From NCBI GenBank assembly GCA_046328525.1, contig JAXLWK010000004.1, positions 212,221 to 276,220 of the forward strand: a stretch of 64,000 bases of DNA, in the 5' to 3' direction. The notes below the pieces were generated by a model. That model ran no database searches. It had not been told where the DNA came from and saw only the letters and a list, made by a program, of their open reading frames with translations. Numbering within the stretch: position 1 is the stretch's first letter; each line of letters starts with the position of its first letter. Below, in pieces: positions 45,186 to 54,593 of this stretch. Made by a program: the position numbers and the translations under genes. This DNA is from Anaerolineae bacterium. Lineage in GTDB: Bacteria > Chloroflexota > Anaerolineae > Epilineales > JAHCIE01.

Positions 45186-48028
45186 TGCCCGATACGACAA
45201 ACACGCCGTTCGATCCGCCCCTGCCAGGCGACTGGGCCAGGGGCATTGACGTGGCGGTCTGGCAGCAGGGGCTGGACTGGGCCGCCATCGCCCAGGCCGG
45301 CTTCGGGTTCGCCTTCGTCAAAGCCACGGAGGGTGACGACTACACCGACCCCGCCTTCGCCGGCCACTGGCAGGCCGCCCGCGACCACGGCCTGCTGCGC
45401 GGCGCGTATCACTTCTTCTGGCCGGAAGACGACCACGAGAAGCAGGCGCGGCTGTTCGTCGAGACGGTCAAGCAGCTCGAAAGCGACGACCTGCCACCGA
45501 TCATAGATGTCGAGGCGCGGCCCAAAGCGCCGCCGTTCCCCAACGAGCAGTGGGTTGACGGCGTGCGCACCTGGCTCGACATCGTGGAGAATGGGCTGGG
45601 CCGCCGCCCCATGATCTACACCAGCCCCGGTGAGTGGGCGCACCTGCGCGATGGCTCCGGCCTGCCGCCGACCTGGACGGCGCGCTATCCGCTGTGGGTC
45701 GCCCACTGGGACACGGCGCAGCCCGCCCTGCCGGACGGCTGGGACAACTGGTTCTTCTGGCAGTACAAGGCCGACAGCGTGCCCGGCTTCAGCCGCGCCG
45801 TGGACTACGATGTCTTTCGCGGCTCGCGGGACGATCTGCGCCGCTGGCTGACCGGATCGGCGAGCGGCCCGGCGCTGACCGCCACAGCCGCCGCCGCCCC
45901 GACGCGCCCGTCCTTCCCGCTGCGGGTCAGCTACATCAATCAGATCGAGTCCGATGGCAGCGGGCACGACAACTGCGGCCCCTGCTGCCTCACCATGGCC
46001 CTCTCGTCCATCGGGCAGGTCGCGGCGGCAGCCGAGTCGTCGCTGCGCGATATCATGCACCGGGTGTCGGCCGAGCTGAAGGGGACCGACTGGAGCACGC
46101 CGGTCTTCACCGACTTCGACGGCATGGGGCGTTACCTGGACGGGCGACGCATCGCCCACCGCGCCCTCCGCACCTGGCAGAGCGTGGAGCAGACGCTCGA
46201 CGCCGGCCAGCCCGTGATCCTGCGGCTGTGGAACGGCGCGCTGGAGCCGTATGCCTACGGCGCGGGGCCTGGCTGGGTGTCCAAACACTTCATCGTCCTG
46301 CTCGGCTACACCGACACCGCCTACTACGCCGCCGACCCGCTGACCTTCCCGCGCCGCGACCTGGTGCAGTACACGCGCGACAGTGTGCGCCGCGCCGTCG
46401 CCCGGGTGCGCAGCGATGCGGGGCTGTCGTTCGAGGTGGACGCCTTCGTCGTCGGCGATCCGCCGTCCGTCGCGCCGACCCCCGGCCCGATGCTGATAGA
46501 CCCCATCGATTCCGCCATCAGCGATGCCCAGCTTCAGGCCTATCTGGAGCAGTACCTCAAGAAGCAGGGGCAGAGCCTCAACATGGACAGCGCCATCATG
46601 CGCGCGGCTGCCCTGGCCTATCGGCGCGGGGAGACGCGCGGCCCGGCCCTGTCGCTGGAATACAACGTCAAGCTCGACAGCGGCCAGATTGTGTCACGCC
46701 AGGATTTCACGGCGAGCGTCGCGCAGCGCGACCCGCAGACGAACCAGGTCACCTGGCTGGAGGTCGTCCTCCACCCGGACGAGCTGAAGCGCGAACACCT
46801 GGCCGAGACCCTGGACGGACGAGCGGCCGAGCCGGAGGTCCCGTTCCCCACGCGGGCGGCGGGCTTTGTTCGCCGCGAGAACGGCGAGCTGCGCCTGGAT
46901 GGGCAGCCGTTCAAGTTCGTCGGCGTCAACACGCGGGAGCTTCTTCACTATGGCAATCACGCCATCGTTCCGCAGAACTGCAACGAGGAACAGATCGGGC
47001 AGCAGCTCGACGCCGCGCGCCTGATGAAGGCCAGCGTCGCCCGCGTTTTCCTGGCCCACCGCGCCTATGACCCCGCCTCCCTGGCGGCCGAGGTGGGCGA
47101 CCGGCTGGCCGCCGCCCTGGACATCGCCTGCGGGCCGGTGGACAACCTGCGGCCGGACGCGGTCCGCCTCCTCGTCGCCTTCACCGACTACAACAGCGGC
47201 CGCGGCTACTACCCGCGCCAGGACGAGCCGTTCTTCAACCCGGCCGGCTTCCTCGAAGGGGCCGACTGGTACAACGGCCAGTGGCGCGCCAACTACTGGC
47301 CGTTGGTCGAGGCCATCGTGGGCCGCTTCAAGAACGACCCGCGCATCTTCGCCTGGGAGGTGGGCAACGAGCTGAAGCTACCGGCCGACCCCGAAACCTT
47401 CCTCGGCTTCATGACTCTCGTCACGTCGGAGATCAAGAAGCTGGACCCGAACCACCTCGTCGGCGCGGGCATCATCAGCACGCTCCACTGCGCCTTCGAC
47501 GACGTGCAGGCGGGCCGCTTCTATGCTAACCCCAACCTCGACTTCGCCACGCTCCACCTGGCCGGGAGCGGCGCAGACTACCCGCATCTTCCCCCGCTGG
47601 CCGAGTTCGCCGACAATCCGGATGAGGGGCGGCGGCGGGCGTATCTCGCCCACGAGCTCGCCCTGGCCGGAGCGACCGCCAAGCCGCTCATCGTCGAGGA
47701 GGCGGGCTACCTGCCGCCGGAGATGCCGCGGCTGGAAGACCTGGCGACGTATGCGTTCACGGCGGGCGCTGTCGGCTTCCTACCGTGGGGCTTCTCCGGC
47801 TTCCCCGACCAGAAAGACCGCGATGTCGGCGACAACAGGTTTGGCCTCGGCAACTTCCCGCCGCACTTCGACGCTGGTCTGTTCGACCAGGTGATCCACG
47901 GGCTGGCCGCCCTCGTGATGGGCCAGTTCGCGCCGGGCGGTGACCGGGGAACCCTGTCGCCCCCGCCGAAGAAGCCCGGGCGGCGGCGCTCCACCCGCAA
48001 GGCCCCGCCCAAGCCCCCCAAAGGCTGA
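45186..48028 (+). CDS. Multi-domain cell-wall hydrolase/lysin: GH25 muramidase, C39-like peptidase domain and GH5-like TIM-barrel glycosidase domain
   Basis: MPDTTNTPFD... GIDVAVWQQGLDWAAIAQAGFGFAFVKATEGDDYTDPAFAGHW...GAYHFF...WFFWQYKADSVPG..VDYDVFRG (GH25 signature). ...SYINQIESDGSGHDNCGPCCLTMALSSIGQ (Peptidase_C39_2-like). ...FKFVGVNTRELLHYG...RIFAWEVGNELK (GH5-like NE motif). The track ORF start 44990 over-extends. Confidence 0.7.
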
Positions 48029-48045
48029 GACAACCCAAGATCGTG

Positions 48046-48077
48046 ATAGCCGTGTGACGTTCGCGTGACACGGCTAT
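48046..48077. promoter_or_regulatory. Perfect 13-bp inverted repeat (operator or terminator candidate) between the lysin and the tail cluster
   Basis: atagccgtgtgacgttcgcgtgacacggctat followed by gttattatgggcac (a -10-like tattat). Confidence 0.4.
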
Positions 48078-48186
48078 GTTATTATGGGCACACGCGTCGC
48101 GGTATGCCGAGTCACCCGGTGATCCCCTCATCGTGATGTCTTTGCAGCAGCCGAAGTAACAGTAGGAGCTGAACGCAAGAGACAGC

Positions 48187-48387
48187 ATGGCAGCCGACGA
48201 CTACGCCCACGTGTTTATCCTGCGCATCTGGCGCGAGCCTCGTGAGATAGCGAACGCTCCCCCAGAGTGGCGCGGCGTGATTGAGCATTTCTCGGATGGG
48301 CATCGGCAGTCTGTCTCCGGGTTGGAGGACATCAACGCCTTCTTGTTGTCATACCTGGAGCGCATGGGTGTAGACCCCACCCCATAG
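48187..48387 (+). CDS. Small protein (66 aa), unknown, first gene of the tail-like cluster
   Basis: MAADDYAHVFILRIWREPREIANAPPEWRGVIEHFSDGHRQSVSGLEDINAFLLSYLERMGVDPTP. Confidence 0.4.
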   Translation: MAADDYAHVFILRIWREPREIANAPPEWRGVIEHFSDGHRQSVSGLEDINAFLLSYLERMGVDPTP

Positions 48388-48395
48388 GTGTGTGC

Positions 48396-49487
48396 ATGAG
48401 CTCTGTGTTTCGCCGCCATCGCCCCGAAAACCCGCCGGAGTCTCAGCCGGCCCTGCCGCCGCCCGAGTCGTCCGCCGTCATGGCGGCGCCGGCGCCGCCA
48501 GCCGTCGCAGCCGAGGCCATCGCCGGCGATTCGGGCGGCTTCACCCCAACCTCGGACATAGACCCATTTCTCGGCCAGATGCTCCTCCTGCTGAGCGACA
48601 TGGCCGGCCTGGCCCGCGCGCCCGGCGACAAGCCCAACGCCGGCGTGCGGCTCCTCGGCCTGACGCCGCGCCCCCTTGGTCTCGGCGGGCGGCGCGGCCT
48701 GCTCAACCAGCCGGCGCTGGCGGTGGCGGAGCTGCGCGGCGGCTGGCTCGAAGCCGTCATCGGCTACACCGTGTCCGGCGCGGACCTCGACAGTGTGAAC
48801 GGCCAGTCCGACGCGATTGTCAGCCGCCTGCTGGCGCGCAGCGTGGACCTGCGCCGCGAGGGCGTCCTCCAGCTCCGGCTCACCGACACGGCGGACGGCG
48901 AGGCAGGCGGGACGCCGCCGACCGTGCGGCGGACGCTGACCTACAGCGTCCTGTACGAATACCGCTACTTCGACACCGACGGCGCGGCCAGCCTGATCGC
49001 CCGCATCCCGGTGGACAGCGAGACGGACCTGGGGCCGCTGACCCACGAGCAGACCGTCGTCACCGATTGGATGGCGCGCTGGGACGGCCAGGGGGCCGCC
49101 GCGCTGGAAGTGAGTCCGCCGCCGCGCGGCGTGCTGCGCGTGGGCGGGCTGAGCATTGTCGCCTATCTACCGGGCGGCGGCCCGACGGGCCAGGTCACGC
49201 AGACGGTCGTCCAGAACGGCAGCACGACGACCACGCCCCTGGGGTCGCTGGTGGACTTCCTCAACCTGTTCCAGCGCGACACGGCCCGCCCGCTGACCCT
49301 GGTGTTCCCGCCGCCGCCGCTCTTGCCGGGCGAGACCCTGGAGCTGCACGACTACCAGGTCGGCGAGCTGCGCTTCAACCCGCCGATTGTGCTGCAAGGG
49401 GCGGGGGACGTGTTCCGGGTGAGCTTCAGCGAGACGTCCTTTCCGCCGAGCAACGCCAGTGTCGTCTATCTGCGTGTGCTGAAATGA
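48396..49487 (+). CDS. Hypothetical protein (364 aa) in the tail-like cluster
   Basis: MSSVFRRHRPENPPESQ... Pro/Ala-rich N-terminus, then a globular part (...RRTLTYSVLYEYRYFDTDGAASLIARIPVDSETDLGPLTHEQTVVTDWMARWDG...). No recognisable family. Confidence 0.45.
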   Translation: MSSVFRRHRPENPPESQPALPPPESSAVMAAPAPPAVAAEAIAGDSGGFTPTSDIDPFLGQMLLLLSDMAGLARAPGDKPNAGVRLLGLTPRPLGLGGRRGLLNQPALAVAELRGGWLEAVIGYTVSGADLDSVNGQSDAIVSRLLARSVDLRREGVLQLRLTDTADGEAGGTPPTVRRTLTYSVLYEYRYFDTDGAASLIARIPVDSETDLGPLTHEQTVVTDWMARWDGQGAAALEVSPPPRGVLRVGGLSIVAYLPGGGPTGQVTQTVVQNGSTTTTPLGSLVDFLNLFQRDTARPLTLVFPPPPLLPGETLELHDYQVGELRFNPPIVLQGAGDVFRVSFSETSFPPSNASVVYLRVLK

Positions 49488-49515
49488 CCGTCACCGTCGC
49501 CGTAGCGACGCGCCC

Positions 49516-49890
49516 TGGTAGGGGCAGGTTTGAAACCTGCCCCTACCACCCATCAGTAGGCAGTTCTCTATCTTTGCACTTCTTGGGTCGGGGAGGTTTG
49601 GAGGGGCATGCCCCTCCAAATTCCCCCTTGTCCCATCCGCCAGCGGAGGTGAAGTGCCACCTCGCGCACGAGGGAATGGGGGAGAATTGTGGGGGCCTGC
49701 GGCCCCCACTGCCCCCGCGAACGCAAAGTGCAAAGATAGAGGCAGTTGAAAATGCCACGCATTGCCGCTCGTAGGTTTCGGAGAGGAAGGAAACGCAAAG
49801 ACGCAAAGACGCAAAGGGGGAAGATCAAGAGCCTCTTCTTTCTCTGCGCCTCTGCGCCTTTGCGTTACTATCCCATTTTCAACGGAGGCC
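49516..49890. repeat. Hairpin-rich intergenic region upstream of the sheath gene: family F hairpin, palindrome gaggtttggaggggcatgcccctccaaa, and a family E element flanked by ttgaaaatgg...ccattttcaa inverted repeats
   Basis: ggtaggggcaggtttgaaacctgcccctacc; ggggaggtttggaggggcatgcccctccaaattcccc; cgcaaagacgcaaagacgcaaaggggg...ctctgcgcctctgcgcctttgcgtt. Confidence 0.6.
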
Positions 49891-49912
49891 ACGCGCCTCA
49901 GGAGGTTTGCCG

Positions 49913-51355
49913 ATGCCTGAGTTAGTCTTGCCGGGAGTGTACATTGACGTCCGCGCCGAGGCCCTCATCGTCCCCGGCCCGATCACCGTGGGCAACATCG
50001 GGATCGTGGGCACCGCGAACCGTGGCCCCGTCGGCGAAGTCCAGGTGCTTAGCTCCTACGCCGACGCCCGCGCCATGTTCGGCGGCTACGACAAGTTCGA
50101 CGCGCCCGACACCGCCAACAACCCGTTGACCCTGGTGCGCGCCCTGGAGATCGCTTACTCCCACGGCGCGGCCACCGTGTTCGCCGTCCGCGTCGCGTCT
50201 AGCTCGGCTGCCGCCGCGAAGCCGGCGAGCAACATCGCCGGCACCAACGTCGGCCTCGAAGCCCTCTCGCCCGGCTCCTGGGGCAACGGCCTGACGGTGA
50301 CGGTCGGCGCCGCCGACACCGGCGGGAACATCCCCCTCACCCTCCGCCTGGGAAGCGCGGAGGAGACGTTCCTGGTCAAGACGGCCCAGGACATCGTGCA
50401 GCGCATCGGCGACGCGCGGAACGGCTCGCTCCTCGTCAAGACGGCGGTGACTGGCTCGCCGACCGGCAATGTCACGGCCGCCAGCGGGACCCCGACGCCC
50501 CTGCCGTTCAGCGGCGGCAAAGACGGGGCGGACGTGGCCGAGACTGACTACAAAGCCGGGCTGGAGCTTCTCCTCAACGAGAACGCCCAGATCATCCTCG
50601 CCGCCGGGCAGGACATCACCCAGGCCGGCGCCGACCTGAAGGCCCACGTCGAGGCGGCGTCCACCGACAAGATCAAGCGCGACCGCATCGCCGTCGTCGG
50701 CAGCGCGCCGGCCGGCAGTAACCCGTCGGCGTTCCTGACGAGCCTGCTCAGCCCGACCGTCACCGGCGACCGCGTCATCTTCGTCGCGCCGGGCATCAAG
50801 ACGGTGGACGCGGCGAAGGCGGCAGACCGCACCATCGCCGACCCGACGGTGACGCTGCCGGGCGCGTACTCGGCGGCGGCCATCGCCGGCATGCTCTCGG
50901 CGCGCGACCCGCACATCAGCCTGACCAACAAGACACTGAACGTGGCGGACCTGGAGGTACACTTCAACGCCGGCCAGCTCGAGCAGCTCGTGCAGAACGG
51001 CGTCCTCGGCCTCGAAGTCCGGCGCGGCGTGCGCGTCGTCAAGGGCATCACCACCGATCTCGGCCCGTTCCAGCAGATTACGACGCGGCGCATCGTGGAC
51101 TTCGCCAAGCTCGGCGTGCGCTCCGCGTGCGATCCCTTCATCGGCCTGCTCAACAACGACCGGGTGCGCCAGGCGCTCAAGGGCGCGATCAACGGCTTCC
51201 TGGCGGGCATGGTGGACGACGAGATGCTGGAGAGCTACGCCCTGGACGTGTCGGCCACGCGCGACCAGGAGATTCGCGGCATCGCCCAGGTCACGATGAC
51301 CCTGCGCCCGACGTTCAGCATTGACTACATCAAGGTAACGATGTTCCTCGGTTAA
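49913..51355 (+). CDS. Contractile tail sheath protein
   Basis: SD AGGAGG. MPELVLPGVYIDVRAEALIVPGPITVGNIGIVGTANRGP... is the canonical sheath N-terminus. ~480 aa. Confidence 0.8.
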   Translation: MPELVLPGVYIDVRAEALIVPGPITVGNIGIVGTANRGPVGEVQVLSSYADARAMFGGYDKFDAPDTANNPLTLVRALEIAYSHGAATVFAVRVASSSAAAAKPASNIAGTNVGLEALSPGSWGNGLTVTVGAADTGGNIPLTLRLGSAEETFLVKTAQDIVQRIGDARNGSLLVKTAVTGSPTGNVTAASGTPTPLPFSGGKDGADVAETDYKAGLELLLNENAQIILAAGQDITQAGADLKAHVEAASTDKIKRDRIAVVGSAPAGSNPSAFLTSLLSPTVTGDRVIFVAPGIKTVDAAKAADRTIADPTVTLPGAYSAAAIAGMLSARDPHISLTNKTLNVADLEVHFNAGQLEQLVQNGVLGLEVRRGVRVVKGITTDLGPFQQITTRRIVDFAKLGVRSACDPFIGLLNNDRVRQALKGAINGFLAGMVDDEMLESYALDVSATRDQEIRGIAQVTMTLRPTFSIDYIKVTMFLG

Positions 51356-51367
51356 GGAGACTGCCCC

Positions 51368-51877
51368 ATGGCGAACACCAATGTGTACACCGGGTCGGAC
51401 GCGACCCTCACCCTCGCCGTCGAGGCCGGCGCAGAGGGTGACGCGGCCAAAGAGATCATCGAGTTCTACGGCCTCAGTCCCGTCGGGCGCGCGACCAACG
51501 TCGAGGTGCTGGTGACGACCTCCGTGCAGCCGTTCCACGAGATCGGCCGCCGCCACCCGGCGTCCCTCAGCGAAGGCAACATTGACGTGACGGGCAAGAT
51601 CGGCCGCGCCTTCATCAACGGCGCTCTCCTGCGCCTAATGCTCGGCAAGGGCGCGCTGGTGGAGCGCAGCAACACCCCGTTCCCGCAGCCGTCCTTCAAC
51701 CTGCAATTGCTGGCGCGCAACCCGGCCCTCCCGGACACCAACAGCACCCTGACCATCCACGGCGTCAAGTTCGATAGCTGGGTGTTCAACCTGCCCGAGG
51801 ACGACTTCCTCATGGAGGGCGTGACGTTCAAGGGCCTGTTCATCACCATCGAGGACAAGGAAGCCACCGGAGGCTGA
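51368..51877 (+). CDS. Tail tube protein (gp19/FII-like)
   Basis: SD AAGGAGAC. 169 aa immediately after the sheath. MANTNVYTGSDATLTLAVEAGAE... Confidence 0.55.
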   Translation: MANTNVYTGSDATLTLAVEAGAEGDAAKEIIEFYGLSPVGRATNVEVLVTTSVQPFHEIGRRHPASLSEGNIDVTGKIGRAFINGALLRLMLGKGALVERSNTPFPQPSFNLQLLARNPALPDTNSTLTIHGVKFDSWVFNLPEDDFLMEGVTFKGLFITIEDKEATGG

Positions 51878-51882
51878 GCCGT

Positions 51883-52350
51883 ATGACCCTCACCGCTGAA
51901 GAGCTTCTGGCCGGTGGCGCGCTGACCCACGTCGTGGACCTACCGGCGGACCTGCTCAACACCCACGGCGGCGGGCCGGGCGGCCAGGTCATCCTGCGCC
52001 CGCTCACCGTGCGCGACCTCCAGCGCATCGGCAAGGCGGCCAGGGACGACGACAGCCTGTCCGCCGCGCTGATGGTGCAGCAGTCCCTCGTCGAGCCGCC
52101 GCTCAAGCTGGAGCAGGTCACGCAGCTGCCGGCCGGCGTGGCGCGCTTCCTCGTCGAGCGTGTCAACGCCATCAGCGGCATAGACACGCCCCGCGACGCC
52201 CTCGAAGAGCTGGTGCAGGCCCCGCTGGCGAAGGCGTGCTTCATCCTGGCCCGCGAGTTTGGCTGGACGCCCGAAGAGGTCAGCGGCATGACCATCGGCC
52301 AGATTCTGCTCTACCTGGAGATGGCCCGCGACGGGAGGGCAGGCGCATGA
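51883..52350 (+). CDS. Small protein in tail-assembly-chaperone position
   Basis: 155 aa between tube and the long Pro/Ala-rich protein. Stop/start ATGA overlap with the next gene. Confidence 0.3.
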   Translation: MTLTAEELLAGGALTHVVDLPADLLNTHGGGPGGQVILRPLTVRDLQRIGKAARDDDSLSAALMVQQSLVEPPLKLEQVTQLPAGVARFLVERVNAISGIDTPRDALEELVQAPLAKACFILAREFGWTPEEVSGMTIGQILLYLEMARDGRAGA

Positions 52351-53585
52351 GGCCGCGCCCACAGCCGCCGTTCCGGGCGGGCCTGGCCCTCGCCGCCTAT
52401 GGGCGGCAGATGGCGCGGCGCACCGCGTGGACCGCGTGTCTGATTCGCGGCAGCCGCTGGCTCGCGCCGCTCCTGGCTCCTCACCACCCGCTGCGCGCCG
52501 GCCCGCTGCTCGGACCGACCCTCGCCGCATTGGCGGCCGACGCCGATGGGCCGCCGGAGGAGCGGGCCGCGCCGCCCCGCCGCCAGGCGCAAGTGACGCC
52601 CACGCGGCCCGACGGGACCCCGCGCGGCCGCCCCGCCCCAATGGACACGGGGGCGGAGACGCCCGCCGCGTCCGGGACGCCAGGCCGCAACGCGGCGCGG
52701 GCCGCCGCTCCCCACCATCCGCCCGATGCTCCGACGCCTTCGCGCCTCGCTGCCCGCGTGGCCGAGCTGCCGCGCCAGGCGTCCCCGGCGCTGCTGGCAG
52801 GGTTCGCGGGCGCGGCGTCGCGGGCGGTGAGCCGCGCCCCACGGACCGACGCCCCCGGCGCGGCGTTGGGGCCGGGGAGCCGACTCCAGGCGGACGGCGT
52901 CGGTGGGGTCAGCCCCAGGCCGAGTGGCGTGGTCTGGCCGGCGGCCGACGGGCCGGCGGGCCGCGACTGGGCAGCGACCCCGATCGAGCGCGTGATAGGC
53001 GCTGTGCAGGCCGCTGGCGGTGGGCGCGACGCGGGACAGCTCCCCGTCTCAGCCGCGTCGTTCGAGGCGGCGTTGTCCACGCGGCTGGACGGCCCAACTG
53101 CGCCGCTGTTCGTTCTGACGCGCTCGATCCAGCTGGCGTCCGATGCGTCCGCGGGCGACGCCGCGCCGAACCGGGCGGAGGCGGCGGCAGCGCCCCCGGT
53201 ATCGGATGCCCCGCGCCCCGCGCCCCTGCCGAGTCCGCCGCCGGCGCGGCCCGCTACCAACCCGCCTCTGCGGACCGACGGCGGCGCGCCCTTCGCGCCC
53301 TCGCTGTGGGGGATGCTGGACTACCCAGTCGCGGCGTCGGCGTTCGCTCCGCCCGGACCGGACCCGGAGACGACGGTGCGCGTCGTCAACCCAACCCTGG
53401 CGCCGCGGCTGCCGTTCCTGACGCCCTCGGAGCCGGGCGGGCCGCCCGACCTGCCGCTGGCGGCGGCGACGGCGCGGCAGGGGGCATGGGCTGAGGCGGC
53501 GGGCGAGGACGACCTGGAGGCGTTGGCCGCGAAGCTCAAGCGCATCCTGAACGAGGAGGCGCGGCGGCATGGGATAGGGGTGTGA
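52347..53585 (+). CDS. Pro/Ala-rich low-complexity protein (412 aa) with a conserved-looking C-terminal helix; occupies the tape-measure position
   Basis: MRPRPQPPFRAGLALAAYGRQMARR... ...DDLEALAAKLKRILNEEARRHGIGV. Functional assignment is by position only. Confidence 0.35.
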   Translation: MRPRPQPPFRAGLALAAYGRQMARRTAWTACLIRGSRWLAPLLAPHHPLRAGPLLGPTLAALAADADGPPEERAAPPRRQAQVTPTRPDGTPRGRPAPMDTGAETPAASGTPGRNAARAAAPHHPPDAPTPSRLAARVAELPRQASPALLAGFAGAASRAVSRAPRTDAPGAALGPGSRLQADGVGGVSPRPSGVVWPAADGPAGRDWAATPIERVIGAVQAAGGGRDAGQLPVSAASFEAALSTRLDGPTAPLFVLTRSIQLASDASAGDAAPNRAEAAAAPPVSDAPRPAPLPSPPPARPATNPPLRTDGGAPFAPSLWGMLDYPVAASAFAPPGPDPETTVRVVNPTLAPRLPFLTPSEPGGPPDLPLAAATARQGAWAEAAGEDDLEALAAKLKRILNEEARRHGIGV

Positions 53586-54133
53586 CGATGCGACCGATGT
53601 TGGATGACCTGGAGCTGCCGCAGGTGCAGGAGATTGCGACCGTCGAGCGCCGTAGCCTGGCCGAGCACAAGCCGCCCGGCATGGACGGCAGCCTGTTGCA
53701 GAACCTGGGGCGGCGGCCGACGCGCCTGGCCCTGTGGGGCGTGGCGACCGGCCCCGACGCGCGGGCGTTTCTCGAAAAGCTCGACGGCAAGCTCCGCGAC
53801 GGCAAGCCCGTGCCGTTCACGGCCGACATCATCGCCGACGCCGCGATTGACCAGGTCGTGATTGACGATATGCAGGTACAGGAGCTGGCAGGAAAGCCGG
53901 ACCGCTTCGCCTACGTCCTCACGTTGCGCGAGTACATCGAGCCGGTCGAGCCGCAGGACACGTCGGCGCTGGACACGGACATCCTGGGCGCCGCGACGAA
54001 GCTCATCGAAGACATGGTGCCCGGCCTGGACCTGGGCCTGAACCTGACGACGGGCCTGGAACAGTTCATCGCCCCGTTGAGCGACCTGCTCGGACGCTTG
54101 CAGGCGGCCAACCGCAGCATGGGACGCAGTTAG
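53582..54133 (+). CDS. Tail-cluster protein, paralog A (unknown function)
   Basis: (V)TMRPMLDDLELPQVQEIATVERRSLAEHKPPGMDGSLLQNLGRRPTRLALWGVATGPDA... is homologous to 54594..55220. Confidence 0.45.
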   Translation: MTMRPMLDDLELPQVQEIATVERRSLAEHKPPGMDGSLLQNLGRRPTRLALWGVATGPDARAFLEKLDGKLRDGKPVPFTADIIADAAIDQVVIDDMQVQELAGKPDRFAYVLTLREYIEPVEPQDTSALDTDILGAATKLIEDMVPGLDLGLNLTTGLEQFIAPLSDLLGRLQAANRSMGRS

Positions 54134-54151
54134 AGAGAAGGAGCACGAGAC

Positions 54152-54574
54152 ATGGCAACGACACCGACCAACCTGTTCGAGGACCTGAAGTCGGCGCTCA
54201 CGACCTTCAAGACCTTCCTGGACCAGAACGTTCCGACCATCAAGCCCGCCATCCAGGCCCTGCGCTCGCTGATCCCGCAGATCACTGACCTGCTCAACAA
54301 GCTGGTGGACCTGATGAACAGCATCAAGACGGAAGTGGATCGCCTGGCGAGCCAGCCGATTCCGGGCGTGGACAAGGTGAGCCAGTTCACCCAGGGCATC
54401 ACGTCCCTGCTGACCACGGCCAAGAATCTGCTGCCCGACCAGGCCGGCACGATTGACGACGTGCTGTCGGTGGCCCAGGTCGTCGGCAGCCTGCCGTCGG
54501 TCGGCCAGATCAAGGCCGAGATTGACAGCCTGATTGACGCCGTCGTGACCCACCTGCGCAACCTGAACTCGTAG
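54152..54574 (+). CDS. Small alpha-helical protein (140 aa) in the tail cluster
   Basis: SD AAGGAG. MATTPTNLFEDLKSALTTFKTFLDQNVPTIKPAIQALRSLIPQITDLLNKLVDLMNSIKTEVDRL... Confidence 0.4.
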   Translation: MATTPTNLFEDLKSALTTFKTFLDQNVPTIKPAIQALRSLIPQITDLLNKLVDLMNSIKTEVDRLASQPIPGVDKVSQFTQGITSLLTTAKNLLPDQAGTIDDVLSVAQVVGSLPSVGQIKAEIDSLIDAVVTHLRNLNS

Positions 54575-54593
54575 TCTCGCGGCGAGGACTTCC

